IMG/VR virus record: IMGVR_UViG_3300036831_000125
Span: 2,515-66,514 of that record
Length of the DNA stretch: 64,000 bases
Direction: 5' to 3' (one strand)
Source of the DNA: a virus
The position numbers and the translations under genes were made by a program. Under the pieces are notes generated by a model. That model was given only the letters and a program-made list of their open reading frames with translations, was not told the origin of the DNA and made no database searches. Of this stretch, positions 34,244-43,455 are shown piece by piece. Each line of letters begins with the position of its first letter. The stretch's first letter is position 1.

Positions 34244-34327
34244 ATGGAAACGCTGTGGGGAGTGCTAGAGAGCGCTATAATGGGCTTTATTCTTTGTGCA
34301 GCGCTGATGAGCGGTCGCGATTATTGA
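34244..34327 (+). CDS. 27-aa antisense membrane peptide (METLWGVLESAIMGFILCAALMSGRDY)
   Basis: Strong AGGAGAGG SD; fits the intergenic gap. Confidence 0.5.
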   Translation: METLWGVLESAIMGFILCAALMSGRDY

Positions 34328-37300
34328 TTGATCAGCCCGGGCTCATAAGGCTGATCCTGATACCCGGTGTCGTCATTAACAGCGGCACCGCTTCCAAGTA
34401 GACCAGGGACGCCGGTTCGGATGACATTCAGCCCGAGCGCTGCACGCATGCGAGCGACATGAGCAGCCTGGAAGGCAGCTGAAGGCTTCGGTGGGAGCTT
34501 GACCAAGAGTTCGTGCGCGACCTCTGGATTGAGGATGGCATCGCGGAATAACTCATTACTCCTGGTGATGTTTGCTTCGCGGAAGGCGAGATACATCTTG
34601 GCGGAAGCAAGACCGCCCATGAAACCCGCGACGCCATGCGAAAGTGCTCCGACAGCACCCGCACCTATGCTCCCGATATCCTTCAGCGCGGCACCGAGAA
34701 GACTGTTCATTCCACCTTTGGCTTCGGCTGCAAAATCCTGCGGCGTGTTGCTCTGCCCAGGGAGCTTCACCGTGCGTTGGCCGCGCTGGATATTATCCGC
34801 GATGCTATGCAGCCCTTCGACTTGTTCATGCGTCAGCACCTCACGGAGAGCAGCGTCGTTCTGGCGCACGAAGGTTTGGAAGGAGTCGGATTTGATTTGA
34901 GTCACGCCAGAGGTGCCAGCTTCAGTGTTGCTGACGAGTTTTTGAGAGATGAAATCCGCGACGGCTCTGCGCAAGCCTTGCAGCGCTGCTGGGTCGCGAG
35001 AGGCAGTCTGCACGAGATCGCGCATCTGGCCGACGCGGTCTTGAGCACCGAAGATCCCACCGATGGCGCGGGTGACATCGTCGGGGGTGCGCAGCCCGGT
35101 GAGCTTGCCGAGCATGCCGGCCTCGGCGGCGTCTTGCACGGTGCGGCGCGTAGCGGTGGATTCGACGATCGCTTCGGAGGCGCTGGCGGCGTTGCGGAAG
35201 CGGTCTTGTAACGTTGGGAAGGCGCGTAAGGCTTCTTTGTGCTGCTGCATCCAAGCGGTGGTGCGCGCTGGGTCGAGGGTGCCGTCGGCTTTCATGGCGG
35301 CGTTCTTGAGCGAGGCAGCAGCGGCGTCTTGGAGATCGACCATCGCTTGCCCATCGCCGACCGCTTGGCGATAGGCGGTGACGGTCTCAGCGCCGGTCGG
35401 GCCCTGGTGCCAGAGGGTGCCAGGCACGCCAGCATTCGAGATCTTGTATTCGCCTTGGCGGCCGCTGGAGGCGAGGATTTCGCCGACGGGGCCTTCGGTG
35501 TAGGTCCGCGCGTGTTCGGTCGAGGCTTGCAGTGCGGCGGAGTAGCGATCGCGGATGTCGTCGTTGATCGGGGTGCTTTCAGGTGCCGGGGGCGCAGGGG
35601 CAGCTGGTGCCGGCGCGGGCTGCGGGACCGGGCTCGATCGCGGTGCCCGATTCCCTTCCCAGGTGTCGCGCCAGTTTGCGAGGTTATCGATCCACGCCGC
35701 GCGCGCTTGCGGGGTCGCGGTCGTGGCGATGGTCGCGGCTTGATGCTCGATCGCGCTATTCATCGACCGCTCGATCGCGCCGCGCATGAGACTGAGCCGC
35801 CCCCATTGCGTGCTGCGGCCATTGGCGAGCTGCTCTGCTGCCATAGCCTCGTTGACGGTGTTGCGCAGTGCCGTCATTTCGGTGAAGGGGACGGCGTTGC
35901 CGTAAGCAGAAGCGGAATCAAGGACGTGTTTCTCGGCACCAGAAATCGGGAGCGCTGAGGTTGGGTGCTCGGCGAGGATGGCGTTCGCTTGCTCGCGGAC
36001 AGGGTTGCCGGCGACGACAAGGGTGCCGTCAGGGTCGATGGCTTTCCAAAGCGCACTGCGGCGCTCGCGGCTAGCGTTGGCGGCAGCCTGGGCCGGAGCG
36101 CGGAGGGCAGCGCCTTGATTCTCGGGTGTGCGGGTGCCGCCGAGCGCAGCGGTGCGTTCCTGGCCGACGCGAGTTGCATCGGCGATGTCTTGTTCGGTTT
36201 GCCGATCGAGCCAGCGGACTTGATCTTTGACGTAGGTAGCGAGATCGGTCGGGTTGCCCTCGGGCTGGATATTGCCGAGCGCAGCACGCTGAGCGGTGGT
36301 TTGGGCACCGCGGCGATCAGCAGCGTCAGCAGCGAAGTTCTTATCGACGACGCGCTGTTGCTCACCGATGCCAGTGTCGCCCGTGAGCTGGAAGGTGGTG
36401 GGTTTCGAGTTCGGGAGCGCTGGATCGTAGCCGTAGCCTTCGGAGGTTTGCTGCGAGCCTTCGCCGAGCGTGCGGCGGAGTTCATCGGGATCGCGGGCGG
36501 TGTTCTGCAGCTTCTCGCCGACACTGAGATCACGCTGGGCTTGGGTGATGGGACCAAAGACGTGCGTCGTCGCGCGGCTGGCAGCGGCTTTGGCATCATT
36601 GATCACGCCAGGAACGGCGCGAGCAGCAGCAGGGGCGTTGCGCGTGTTGCCGGTGATGATCCCGCCGAGGATGCGCGCGATGGGTTTGAGGAAATCAGGG
36701 ACGGATTCAGCGCTGAGTTCGCCGCCGACACTGGCGAGGACGTTGTCGATGATCTTGCCGGCGATGGTGCCAGAGCCGGAGGGCAGGGCTAGGGCAGGGA
36801 GGCCGGCACCCGTAGCACGGAAGAGCTTTTCCTCAGTGGAGTCCGCCGGCACCCCTTCTGGATTGTAGCGCCCCCAGGCTTGATTGAGCGTGTGTGAGGC
36901 ACCGCCGAGCGGGTCGGTGACCATCCCGAGCAAGCCGGTCATACCTTCTTGTAGGCCGGCGCGGATATTGGCGAGATCGCCGCCGGCATGGCCATGTGCG
37001 AGGGTCGCCGCGTTCTGCATGAATCTCGCGCCAGCCTCGTCGCTGTCGAAGGCCCCGTAATGCTGGCCGTCTTTGAGGTAGCGATCGACTGCGGTGCCGA
37101 GAAAGCCGGTGTCGTCGTTGGCGGGTCTGTCGCCGGGGCGAGCCGGGAGGACGAGGTGCTCGGGGATGCCGCCGCGCGAAACCTCGTGCGTGGCCCAGAA
37201 ATCGCCGGCTTCAGCGGGGTCGAGGTTGCCCTCGCGGCCGGGGATCGAGCCGTCCGGGTTGACGCCGTTGGAGACGGGCGGCGAGCCTGGGGCTGCTGCA

Positions 37301-37431
37301 GCTGGTGCCGCGGCTGCGGCATCGGTGTGCTGCGCCTGGACCTGAGCGAGGGCTTGTTCCTCCGTCGCTCCTTCAGGTCCGGTGACATTGTATTTCGTGC
37401 CGTCGGGCGCGGTGATGAGAAATTGGGGCAT
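34321..37431 (-). CDS. large internal virion / DNA ejection protein (1036 aa)
   Basis: MP.F.ITAPDG..Y.V.GPEGAT N-terminus; Ala-rich helical; position after tail genes. Confidence 0.75.
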   Translation of the reverse strand: MPQFLITAPDGTKYNVTGPEGATEEQALAQVQAQHTDAAAAAPAAAAPGSPPVSNGVNPDGSIPGREGNLDPAEAGDFWATHEVSRGGIPEHLVLPARPGDRPANDDTGFLGTAVDRYLKDGQHYGAFDSDEAGARFMQNAATLAHGHAGGDLANIRAGLQEGMTGLLGMVTDPLGGASHTLNQAWGRYNPEGVPADSTEEKLFRATGAGLPALALPSGSGTIAGKIIDNVLASVGGELSAESVPDFLKPIARILGGIITGNTRNAPAAARAVPGVINDAKAAASRATTHVFGPITQAQRDLSVGEKLQNTARDPDELRRTLGEGSQQTSEGYGYDPALPNSKPTTFQLTGDTGIGEQQRVVDKNFAADAADRRGAQTTAQRAALGNIQPEGNPTDLATYVKDQVRWLDRQTEQDIADATRVGQERTAALGGTRTPENQGAALRAPAQAAANASRERRSALWKAIDPDGTLVVAGNPVREQANAILAEHPTSALPISGAEKHVLDSASAYGNAVPFTEMTALRNTVNEAMAAEQLANGRSTQWGRLSLMRGAIERSMNSAIEHQAATIATTATPQARAAWIDNLANWRDTWEGNRAPRSSPVPQPAPAPAAPAPPAPESTPINDDIRDRYSAALQASTEHARTYTEGPVGEILASSGRQGEYKISNAGVPGTLWHQGPTGAETVTAYRQAVGDGQAMVDLQDAAAASLKNAAMKADGTLDPARTTAWMQQHKEALRAFPTLQDRFRNAASASEAIVESTATRRTVQDAAEAGMLGKLTGLRTPDDVTRAIGGIFGAQDRVGQMRDLVQTASRDPAALQGLRRAVADFISQKLVSNTEAGTSGVTQIKSDSFQTFVRQNDAALREVLTHEQVEGLHSIADNIQRGQRTVKLPGQSNTPQDFAAEAKGGMNSLLGAALKDIGSIGAGAVGALSHGVAGFMGGLASAKMYLAFREANITRSNELFRDAILNPEVAHELLVKLPPKPSAAFQAAHVARMRAALGLNVIRTGVPGLLGSGAAVNDDTGYQDQPYEPGLINQ

Positions 37432-39266
37432 TAGGGTGTCGGCACTCGTTGAACGGTCCAGCCGTTGGCGGCAGGCGGTGCGGCTGCCCTTGGAGCTGCT
37501 TGCGGCGGTGTTGCTGCAGGAGCAGCAGCCTTCCCAGCCACGCCAGATTTTCTCGCCATGTCCATGAGCGTGTCTTGTGGATTACGCGATTGCTCTAAGG
37601 CGCTGACGTCATTCGGCGACCAAGGAACTAACGCCGCGATCTTGTCGCGCAAACCTTGTGCGTAGGTCTTTTGCTCGCGTGTGAGCATGGGACTCACGAT
37701 GGCACTTTCGAGAGCATTATCAGAGAGCTGTCTGATCTCGCCGATTTTGCGCATCTTGTCGTACTGATTATCGGTATCGAGCACACGAAGTCCCTGCATC
37801 TGTTCGATGAGATCTTTGTTGATGCCAACGCCGGAGGCATCGAGCGTCGCGATCGCTTTACCCAAGCCGATGAAGGTGGTGTTCGCATCTTTCACTTCTT
37901 GTGTTGTGACCTTTGCTGCGAAGTAGCGTTTCCCAACCTCCGCGAGATTCGTTGTTTGACCCAATGCGCCGAAATAGCCACCGCCTGCTCTGGCCGGCAG
38001 ATGCATGAGGTTGTCGAGAGAAGTGACTGAATCCTTGGCGCTGTTGAGAATGCGGCTGACGATGGTTGAGCTGCGACCGCCGCCGGGGACGACTTCAGGA
38101 AGCCTCACGCCGGTAAGAGATGTGCCAGCTTTATCGGCTGTGACCCAATCATGAGTTATGCGATTCCACGCAGCAAGAACATCCATCTTGCCGCCTTGGC
38201 CGTCATCAGCTTCGACCATGATAGGTTTGTCGAATTTATCAGGGCTGCCGGCAGCGGTGCCGGTGGCGCGGGCAGTTGCCTCGGCTTGGATTGTGTTGGG
38301 GTCGTGTGAAGCGCCTGGGATGGGCACCTGCCCAGTGTGGGCGGCGTTCCACATCATGCCGGGTTCGGGTTTTTGATTCTCGGGTTTGTTCTCAACGCCG
38401 AGTCGAGCGCCCGTGGTCGCGGTTGTGTCGGCCGCTTGTTGCTCTGGTGTTGGGCGGCGCGAGTCAGCGAGCGTTCGCGCAGTTGTTGGGTCGGCCGGGC
38501 CGCCAGGGATGTACTCTTGTTTTGTATGCGTAGCGTCCCAGCGATAACCCGCGTCGGGCTTTTGGTTAGGGTTCGCAGCGTCAGCGGCGAGCCTGGCATT
38601 GGCGCGAGCAGTTTCTTCGCGCCCAGCCAGCCAGACGGCATAATCAGGCTGGCGCAGGATCGTCGGCTTGCCTTTTTCCATGTAGCCAACATCGGACTTG
38701 AGCAAGCCAAAGGCTGCGCGATCGGCGTCGGTGATTGGTGTGGCTTGCGGTCCAGGGTTTGTGTCGAGCGTGACACCGCCGGCTTTGCGTACTGTGTTTT
38801 CGCGGAGGTCGTAAGGTTCGGCGAGCTTGGCGGCGTAGGCGAGTGCTTCTTTGCGACCGCTGGTTCCAACGAGCTGCCGAAAGAGGCGCTTTTGATCCGC
38901 GGTTGCGTTGCCGGGGAGATAGCGTTCGGCAAAGGGGTCGCTGTAGGTAGGTGCTGGTGGCGCAGCGGTGCCGGCAGCGCCAGCGGTGCCAGCGGTCGTG
39001 TCGGTGTTGATCACGCCGGGGATCATGCTGGGTTGGGAAGCTTTTGCTTCAGCGCTAAACGCTTTATCGCGATCAAGTTCGAGCTGCATAGTCTCGCGCT
39101 TGATAGGCAGACCCTCAGCTTCGTTCTGCTTTTCCTGCCGCTGCTCGGCGAGCTGGCTTGCCAGAATCGTCTGCTGCTTTTCAGCATCAGCCTTGATCGC
39201 CTGCAGCCCAGCCTCGCCCGCCCATTGGCCAAGCGCTGCGAGCCCATTCCCGAGATTGAAACCCAT
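37431..39266 (-). CDS. internal virion / ejection protein (611 aa)
   Basis: Two KP..G..W...HT....IPG...DP repeats; operon position. Confidence 0.7.
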   Translation of the reverse strand: MGFNLGNGLAALGQWAGEAGLQAIKADAEKQQTILASQLAEQRQEKQNEAEGLPIKRETMQLELDRDKAFSAEAKASQPSMIPGVINTDTTAGTAGAAGTAAPPAPTYSDPFAERYLPGNATADQKRLFRQLVGTSGRKEALAYAAKLAEPYDLRENTVRKAGGVTLDTNPGPQATPITDADRAAFGLLKSDVGYMEKGKPTILRQPDYAVWLAGREETARANARLAADAANPNQKPDAGYRWDATHTKQEYIPGGPADPTTARTLADSRRPTPEQQAADTTATTGARLGVENKPENQKPEPGMMWNAAHTGQVPIPGASHDPNTIQAEATARATGTAAGSPDKFDKPIMVEADDGQGGKMDVLAAWNRITHDWVTADKAGTSLTGVRLPEVVPGGGRSSTIVSRILNSAKDSVTSLDNLMHLPARAGGGYFGALGQTTNLAEVGKRYFAAKVTTQEVKDANTTFIGLGKAIATLDASGVGINKDLIEQMQGLRVLDTDNQYDKMRKIGEIRQLSDNALESAIVSPMLTREQKTYAQGLRDKIAALVPWSPNDVSALEQSRNPQDTLMDMARKSGVAGKAAAPAATPPQAAPRAAAPPAANGWTVQRVPTP

Positions 39267-39934
39267 TAGGCAGCTCCTGCGGAGGCATTGATGTTGGGCA
39301 TGTTGCCGGCGCCGGGACCGTCATAGGCGCGGGTGCCGGCTTTGAGTTCGATGGCGCGCATCTTCCCCGGGTCTTGGGAGATTTTGTGGATGTTGATCGC
39401 GGCGGTTTTGATCATTTGAGGGGAGATCTTAAAGGCGCGGAAGATGAGCGTTGTGTAGATGTGCACCGCTTGTACGAGCGCAGGCTGATCGACGCGAGCG
39501 ATGCCGGTGCGCTCGGCGAAGTCGAGGGCTTTGAGCATGAGCGTCATGCCAGCGGGGACCATGGCTTTGAGAGGCATGACGCCGCGCGCTTGCTTGCGCA
39601 GGAGGAGCACGAGGGTCACGGCACCGATGGCGCAGTCGCGGATGGGATTGGGGCTGTTGCGGAGTTTCGCGATCATGCTGATGTGGCCGCCATCCATCGC
39701 GGTGTGCATCCCAGCAACGACGATTTTGAGGTAGTTGACGCGGTTTTCGGGAGTGAGTTCGGATTCGATCTTCTTCTCGCATTGGAGGAGGAGCGGGTCG
39801 TGGATGGTGCCTGCGCCGGAGTCTTCTTGGTTAGAGTCGGTGTCGGCGGTGTCGGTATCGTCGGCGCCAGGTTGCGCTGCAGCATCATCGCTGTCGTCTT
39901 CGTCGTCGTTTTGATTGATCAGCCCTTTGGCCAT
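39266..39934 (-). CDS. virion-associated protein with acidic N-terminus
   Basis: AAGGAG SD; operon position. Confidence 0.65.
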   Translation of the reverse strand: MAKGLINQNDDEDDSDDAAAQPGADDTDTADTDSNQEDSGAGTIHDPLLLQCEKKIESELTPENRVNYLKIVVAGMHTAMDGGHISMIAKLRNSPNPIRDCAIGAVTLVLLLRKQARGVMPLKAMVPAGMTLMLKALDFAERTGIARVDQPALVQAVHIYTTLIFRAFKISPQMIKTAAINIHKISQDPGKMRAIELKAGTRAYDGPGAGNMPNINASAGAA

Positions 39935-39943
39935 GGAAGCTCC

Positions 39944-41104
39944 TTAAGCCGGCACGCCGGTTACGGTGTTCGAGTTGATGACGCCTGCGAGCGGGTTGAC
40001 GGGTCCGGGCGGTGAGAGCCCAGCGGGTGAGCCGGTCACGGGCGCGGATTTGACGGGCGCCAGACGCGCGGTCGGGATGCCAGATTGGATGTTGGCGAGC
40101 TGCTGCACGGCGAGGGAGGCGGCGGCGTTGTTTTGGTTGGCTTGGGCGCGTTGATTCGCGGCCTGGGCCGGGGTGAGAGAGGAGAAGGCGTTGCCAGCGA
40201 CTTGGATCAGGCCGTAAGCCGCGCCGGGGCTCTGGAGAAGACCCTTGAGGCCGGTGGGCGCGTTGGGGTCGAGGTTGCCGTGGCCGATGATGTTTTTCTC
40301 GAACCAGCTTTGATTCGCGTCGGCGGTGGACTGCGGTGCAGCGGCCGGCGCGGCGGTGGCAACGCCGGGTGTTTGGGCAGGCGCAGCAGCGCCTCCGCCG
40401 CCGGCTGCCTGCATTGGGGTGACGCCGGGGGCCGGCGCAGCGGCTGGCGGCGCGGTCGGACCCGAGACGGGCGTCACGGAGGCTGTCGTCGCGCTCCCGG
40501 GCTGCACAGCAGCTTTTGCAGCTTGTTCAGCGAGGTCCGAAGGGTTCGCAGCAGCGTCGGTCGGCGTGATGCCTTCTTGCGCGCTGAGCGATTGCGCGAT
40601 CGGTTGGTCCGGCGTTGCTACGACGACGTTGCCGGTTTCATCGATCGAGACGCTGGCGTTGTCGGGGATGTTGTTAAAGTTCGGCTGTGGGGTGAACATG
40701 TTGATGTAGTCTTCGCTCGTGCCCGCGAGCGTGCCGGTTGCGCCGGCAGCAAAATCCGCAGCACCGCCGGAAGCAGCGCCCTCGACCGGGCCGGTGATAT
40801 CGACGCTGCTTGGGATCTGATCGAGCGCACCGAAGAGGTTTGAGGTGTCGCCGAGGACGCCAGCTTCGTTCGCGAGCGCGCCGACGCCGCCGATGCCCCC
40901 GATGATGAGTCCGGCGGTTTCGAGCCCTTTGTCTTTGGTGATAGCACCGACTGCGCCGAGCGTCGCCCCAACCGCTCCGGTGATTTCGAGTGCAGCGGTG
41001 AGCCCGCCGGCTGCAGCCAGGGTTGCACCGCCGATCAGTGCACCGATAGCAGGCGCAGCGATAGCGCCAGCAACAACAGCGCCCGCAATTGCGATGATGG
41101 GCAT
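39944..41104 (-). CDS. ejection (DNA transfer) protein with hydrophobic Gly/Ala N-terminus
   Basis: N-terminus like P22 gp7-type proteins; follows a GNAT-like gene. Confidence 0.65.
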   Translation of the reverse strand: MPIIAIAGAVVAGAIAAPAIGALIGGATLAAAGGLTAALEITGAVGATLGAVGAITKDKGLETAGLIIGGIGGVGALANEAGVLGDTSNLFGALDQIPSSVDITGPVEGAASGGAADFAAGATGTLAGTSEDYINMFTPQPNFNNIPDNASVSIDETGNVVVATPDQPIAQSLSAQEGITPTDAAANPSDLAEQAAKAAVQPGSATTASVTPVSGPTAPPAAAPAPGVTPMQAAGGGGAAAPAQTPGVATAAPAAAPQSTADANQSWFEKNIIGHGNLDPNAPTGLKGLLQSPGAAYGLIQVAGNAFSSLTPAQAANQRAQANQNNAAASLAVQQLANIQSGIPTARLAPVKSAPVTGSPAGLSPPGPVNPLAGVINSNTVTGVPA

Positions 41105-41108
41105 GGGC

Positions 41109-41480
41109 TTATCTCACCTTTTCGATTCGGTAATGGATGAAGAACTCGTCGATGCCGGCGGCGCGGAAGCCGATGAGTTCGTTGAAGCGCTGCTGGCGGG
41201 TGTCGTCGCGGGGCGTGCGGGTTAGGGCGTAGCCTTCGCGAGCGATGATCTTTTCGAGAAAGGCGCGGATGGCGCGGCGAGAGAGGGATTTGCCGGGCTC
41301 GATCGCGGAGTAGTGGAACTCGGGCCCGCGCACGAAGGCGACGAAGGCATCGTCCCGCACCATCTCCCAGCCTTCGAGCGAGCGCAGGAATTGCTCGCGC
41401 GTGATGAAGACGTGCGGTGCGACGCGCTGCCAGAGAGAGTCGATGATTTGAGACTCAGAAGCCGAGCGCGCGCAGGCCAT
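41109..41480 (-). CDS. GNAT-fold virion assembly protein
   Basis: EFH...T.......RF...IGF motif; typical position before ejection genes. Confidence 0.55.
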   Translation of the reverse strand: MACARSASESQIIDSLWQRVAPHVFITREQFLRSLEGWEMVRDDAFVAFVRGPEFHYSAIEPGKSLSRRAIRAFLEKIIAREGYALTRTPRDDTRQQRFNELIGFRAAGIDEFFIHYRIEKVR

Positions 41481-43455
41481 TGTTGTAAGCCGGAGGTGGC
41501 GTGTAGGTCGGAGTGATCGGCGTCGCCGCGGGTGGTGGGGCTGGGGCGGTGATCGTCGGGACGTTGCTGGTGTTGTTGTTGATCAAGCCGGAAGTGTCGA
41601 TCGCCGCCGGGACGTCGGTGTTGGGGTTGGTGGTGGCTGCTGTTGATGTGGACGCGGTCGCAGCACCCGCGCCTTGGTCAAAAGACAGTGTGGACTGAAC
41701 GATCGGGAGCCCGGCGATTTGCGAGACCACGGCGAGGGCGTCGTTGAGTTGGGCGACGCCGTCGTTGAGCGCAGTGGCCTTTTGGTCGCTGGAGAGGTTC
41801 GTGTTCTGGACGATCGAAGCGAGGTTCGTCAACCCTTGATTGTAGAGCGCCGCTGCTCCGGACGAGGTCTGCACGAGCGTCTTGTTGGCGTTGGCGAGGT
41901 TCTGCAGCTGCACCTGCAGCGCGGTGTTGATCTGGCCTGAGGTGATGATGTTCTGCAGGTTCCCGTCATTCTGCATTTGCTGAACGATCTGGGCGTTTTG
42001 GTTGTTCATCGCGGCGACCGCCTGCGCCGATGCTGTTTGCTTGTCCTCGATCGTGAGCTGGTTGTCGTTGTTGATGGCAGCGATGTATTGCGCCGAGAGG
42101 TTGTTCGCTGAGGCGATGGCTTCAGACGCGGCGGAGGCTTTGTCCTGGACGGAGAGCTGCGTCGAAGATTGAAGCTGGCCGAGATAGGTCTGGAGCTGGG
42201 ACTGCGAGGCGGTGATCGCGAGGTTGGTTTGGTCCTGTTTGTCCTGAGCGGTCAGGGTTGTGCTGGACTGGATCGAGGCGATGACCTGAGCGTTCGCGTT
42301 GTTCGCCGCAGCGATGATCTGGGCGCTGGCGTTGGCCTTGTCCTGGGCAGTGAGCGTCGTGTTGGCTTGAATCTGGCCGAGCGCCATCTGCGTCGTGTTG
42401 TTCGCCGCGGAGATGACGGTGTTGGTCTGATCTTGCTTGTCCTGGGCGGTGAGCGTGGTCGAGGACTGGATGTTCGCGATGATCTGCGCGTTGGCGTTGT
42501 TCGCGTCGGCGACGGCTTGTTGTGTTTGATCTTGTTTATCCTGTGCCGTGAGGGTGGTTGAAGATTGGATGTTCGCAATGAGTTGTTGCGAGCTGTTGTT
42601 CATGCCGGCGACGATCTGCGCGGACTGATTCGCTTTGTCTTGAGCAGTCAGGGTCGTCGAGGCTTGCAGGTTGGCGATCTGCTGCGCTGAGGCGTTGTTG
42701 GCGGCAGCGATGACTTGCGAGGAGACGTCGGCCTTGTCCTGCGCGGTTAGGGTCGTGTTCGACTGGATGTTGGCGAGGACAGTGTTGGTTTGGTCCTGCA
42801 GCTGTTGCGCGGTTAGAGTGGTGTTGGATTGGAGATTCGCGACGAATTGCGAGGTCGCGGCTTGGATTTGAGCGATGTTGGTCGAGCCCGCGATGGTCTG
42901 CGCGGTGTTCGCGAAGGTGTTCGCGGCGGTGGCCTGGACGCCGGCTGCGGTATTGGCAGCGCCGGCATTGAATTGCGAGGTGCCGGTGGCGAGCTGGGCG
43001 TTTTGTAAGGCGGCGGCGTTGCTGGCCTGGGCGCCGGCCGCGAGCGCGGTGTTTTGTGCGTTGGTGGTATTGGTCGCGGCCTGGGCGTAGGTGTTAGCGT
43101 CGGCCGTCGCGATGGGCGTAGCGGCGGCGATCACGGCTTGCTGGCCGGCACCAATCCCGATCGAGGAGTTGATCAGCCCGCGCTCGTTCATTTGTTGGCG
43201 CGCGGAGGTCTCGGCTTGCTGCATCAGCGGCGAGCCGGAAGCGATGATGTCCTTGAGCTGGCCGGCGGTGGTTTGCTGCGGCGTGACGCTGAAGGCATTC
43301 GGATCGTAGGTCGTGACCGGCGCGGTTTGCGAAGAGGCTTGCGCCGGGTTGTAGCCTGTGACGGTGCCAGCGCCGCCGGGAGCGTCGGTGGAGGTGAGCT
43401 GCGGCGGCGCAGTGCTGTTGATGATGCCTTGGGAATTGGAAGGGGCGTCGGCCAT
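41455..43455 (-). CDS. Gln/Asn/Ala-rich repeat protein; candidate DNA pilot/ejection tube
   Basis: TTLTAQ(DK) repeats spaced 22 or 33 aa apart. Confidence 0.7.
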   Translation of the reverse strand: MADAPSNSQGIINSTAPPQLTSTDAPGGAGTVTGYNPAQASSQTAPVTTYDPNAFSVTPQQTTAGQLKDIIASGSPLMQQAETSARQQMNERGLINSSIGIGAGQQAVIAAATPIATADANTYAQAATNTTNAQNTALAAGAQASNAAALQNAQLATGTSQFNAGAANTAAGVQATAANTFANTAQTIAGSTNIAQIQAATSQFVANLQSNTTLTAQQLQDQTNTVLANIQSNTTLTAQDKADVSSQVIAAANNASAQQIANLQASTTLTAQDKANQSAQIVAGMNNSSQQLIANIQSSTTLTAQDKQDQTQQAVADANNANAQIIANIQSSTTLTAQDKQDQTNTVISAANNTTQMALGQIQANTTLTAQDKANASAQIIAAANNANAQVIASIQSSTTLTAQDKQDQTNLAITASQSQLQTYLGQLQSSTQLSVQDKASAASEAIASANNLSAQYIAAINNDNQLTIEDKQTASAQAVAAMNNQNAQIVQQMQNDGNLQNIITSGQINTALQVQLQNLANANKTLVQTSSGAAALYNQGLTNLASIVQNTNLSSDQKATALNDGVAQLNDALAVVSQIAGLPIVQSTLSFDQGAGAATASTSTAATTNPNTDVPAAIDTSGLINNNTSNVPTITAPAPPPAATPITPTYTPPPAYNNGLRALGF

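Noticed and set aside
34303-34320. Hammerhead ribozyme core CTGATGA
   Set aside because: No downstream GAAA or supporting stems; lies within the 27-aa ORF
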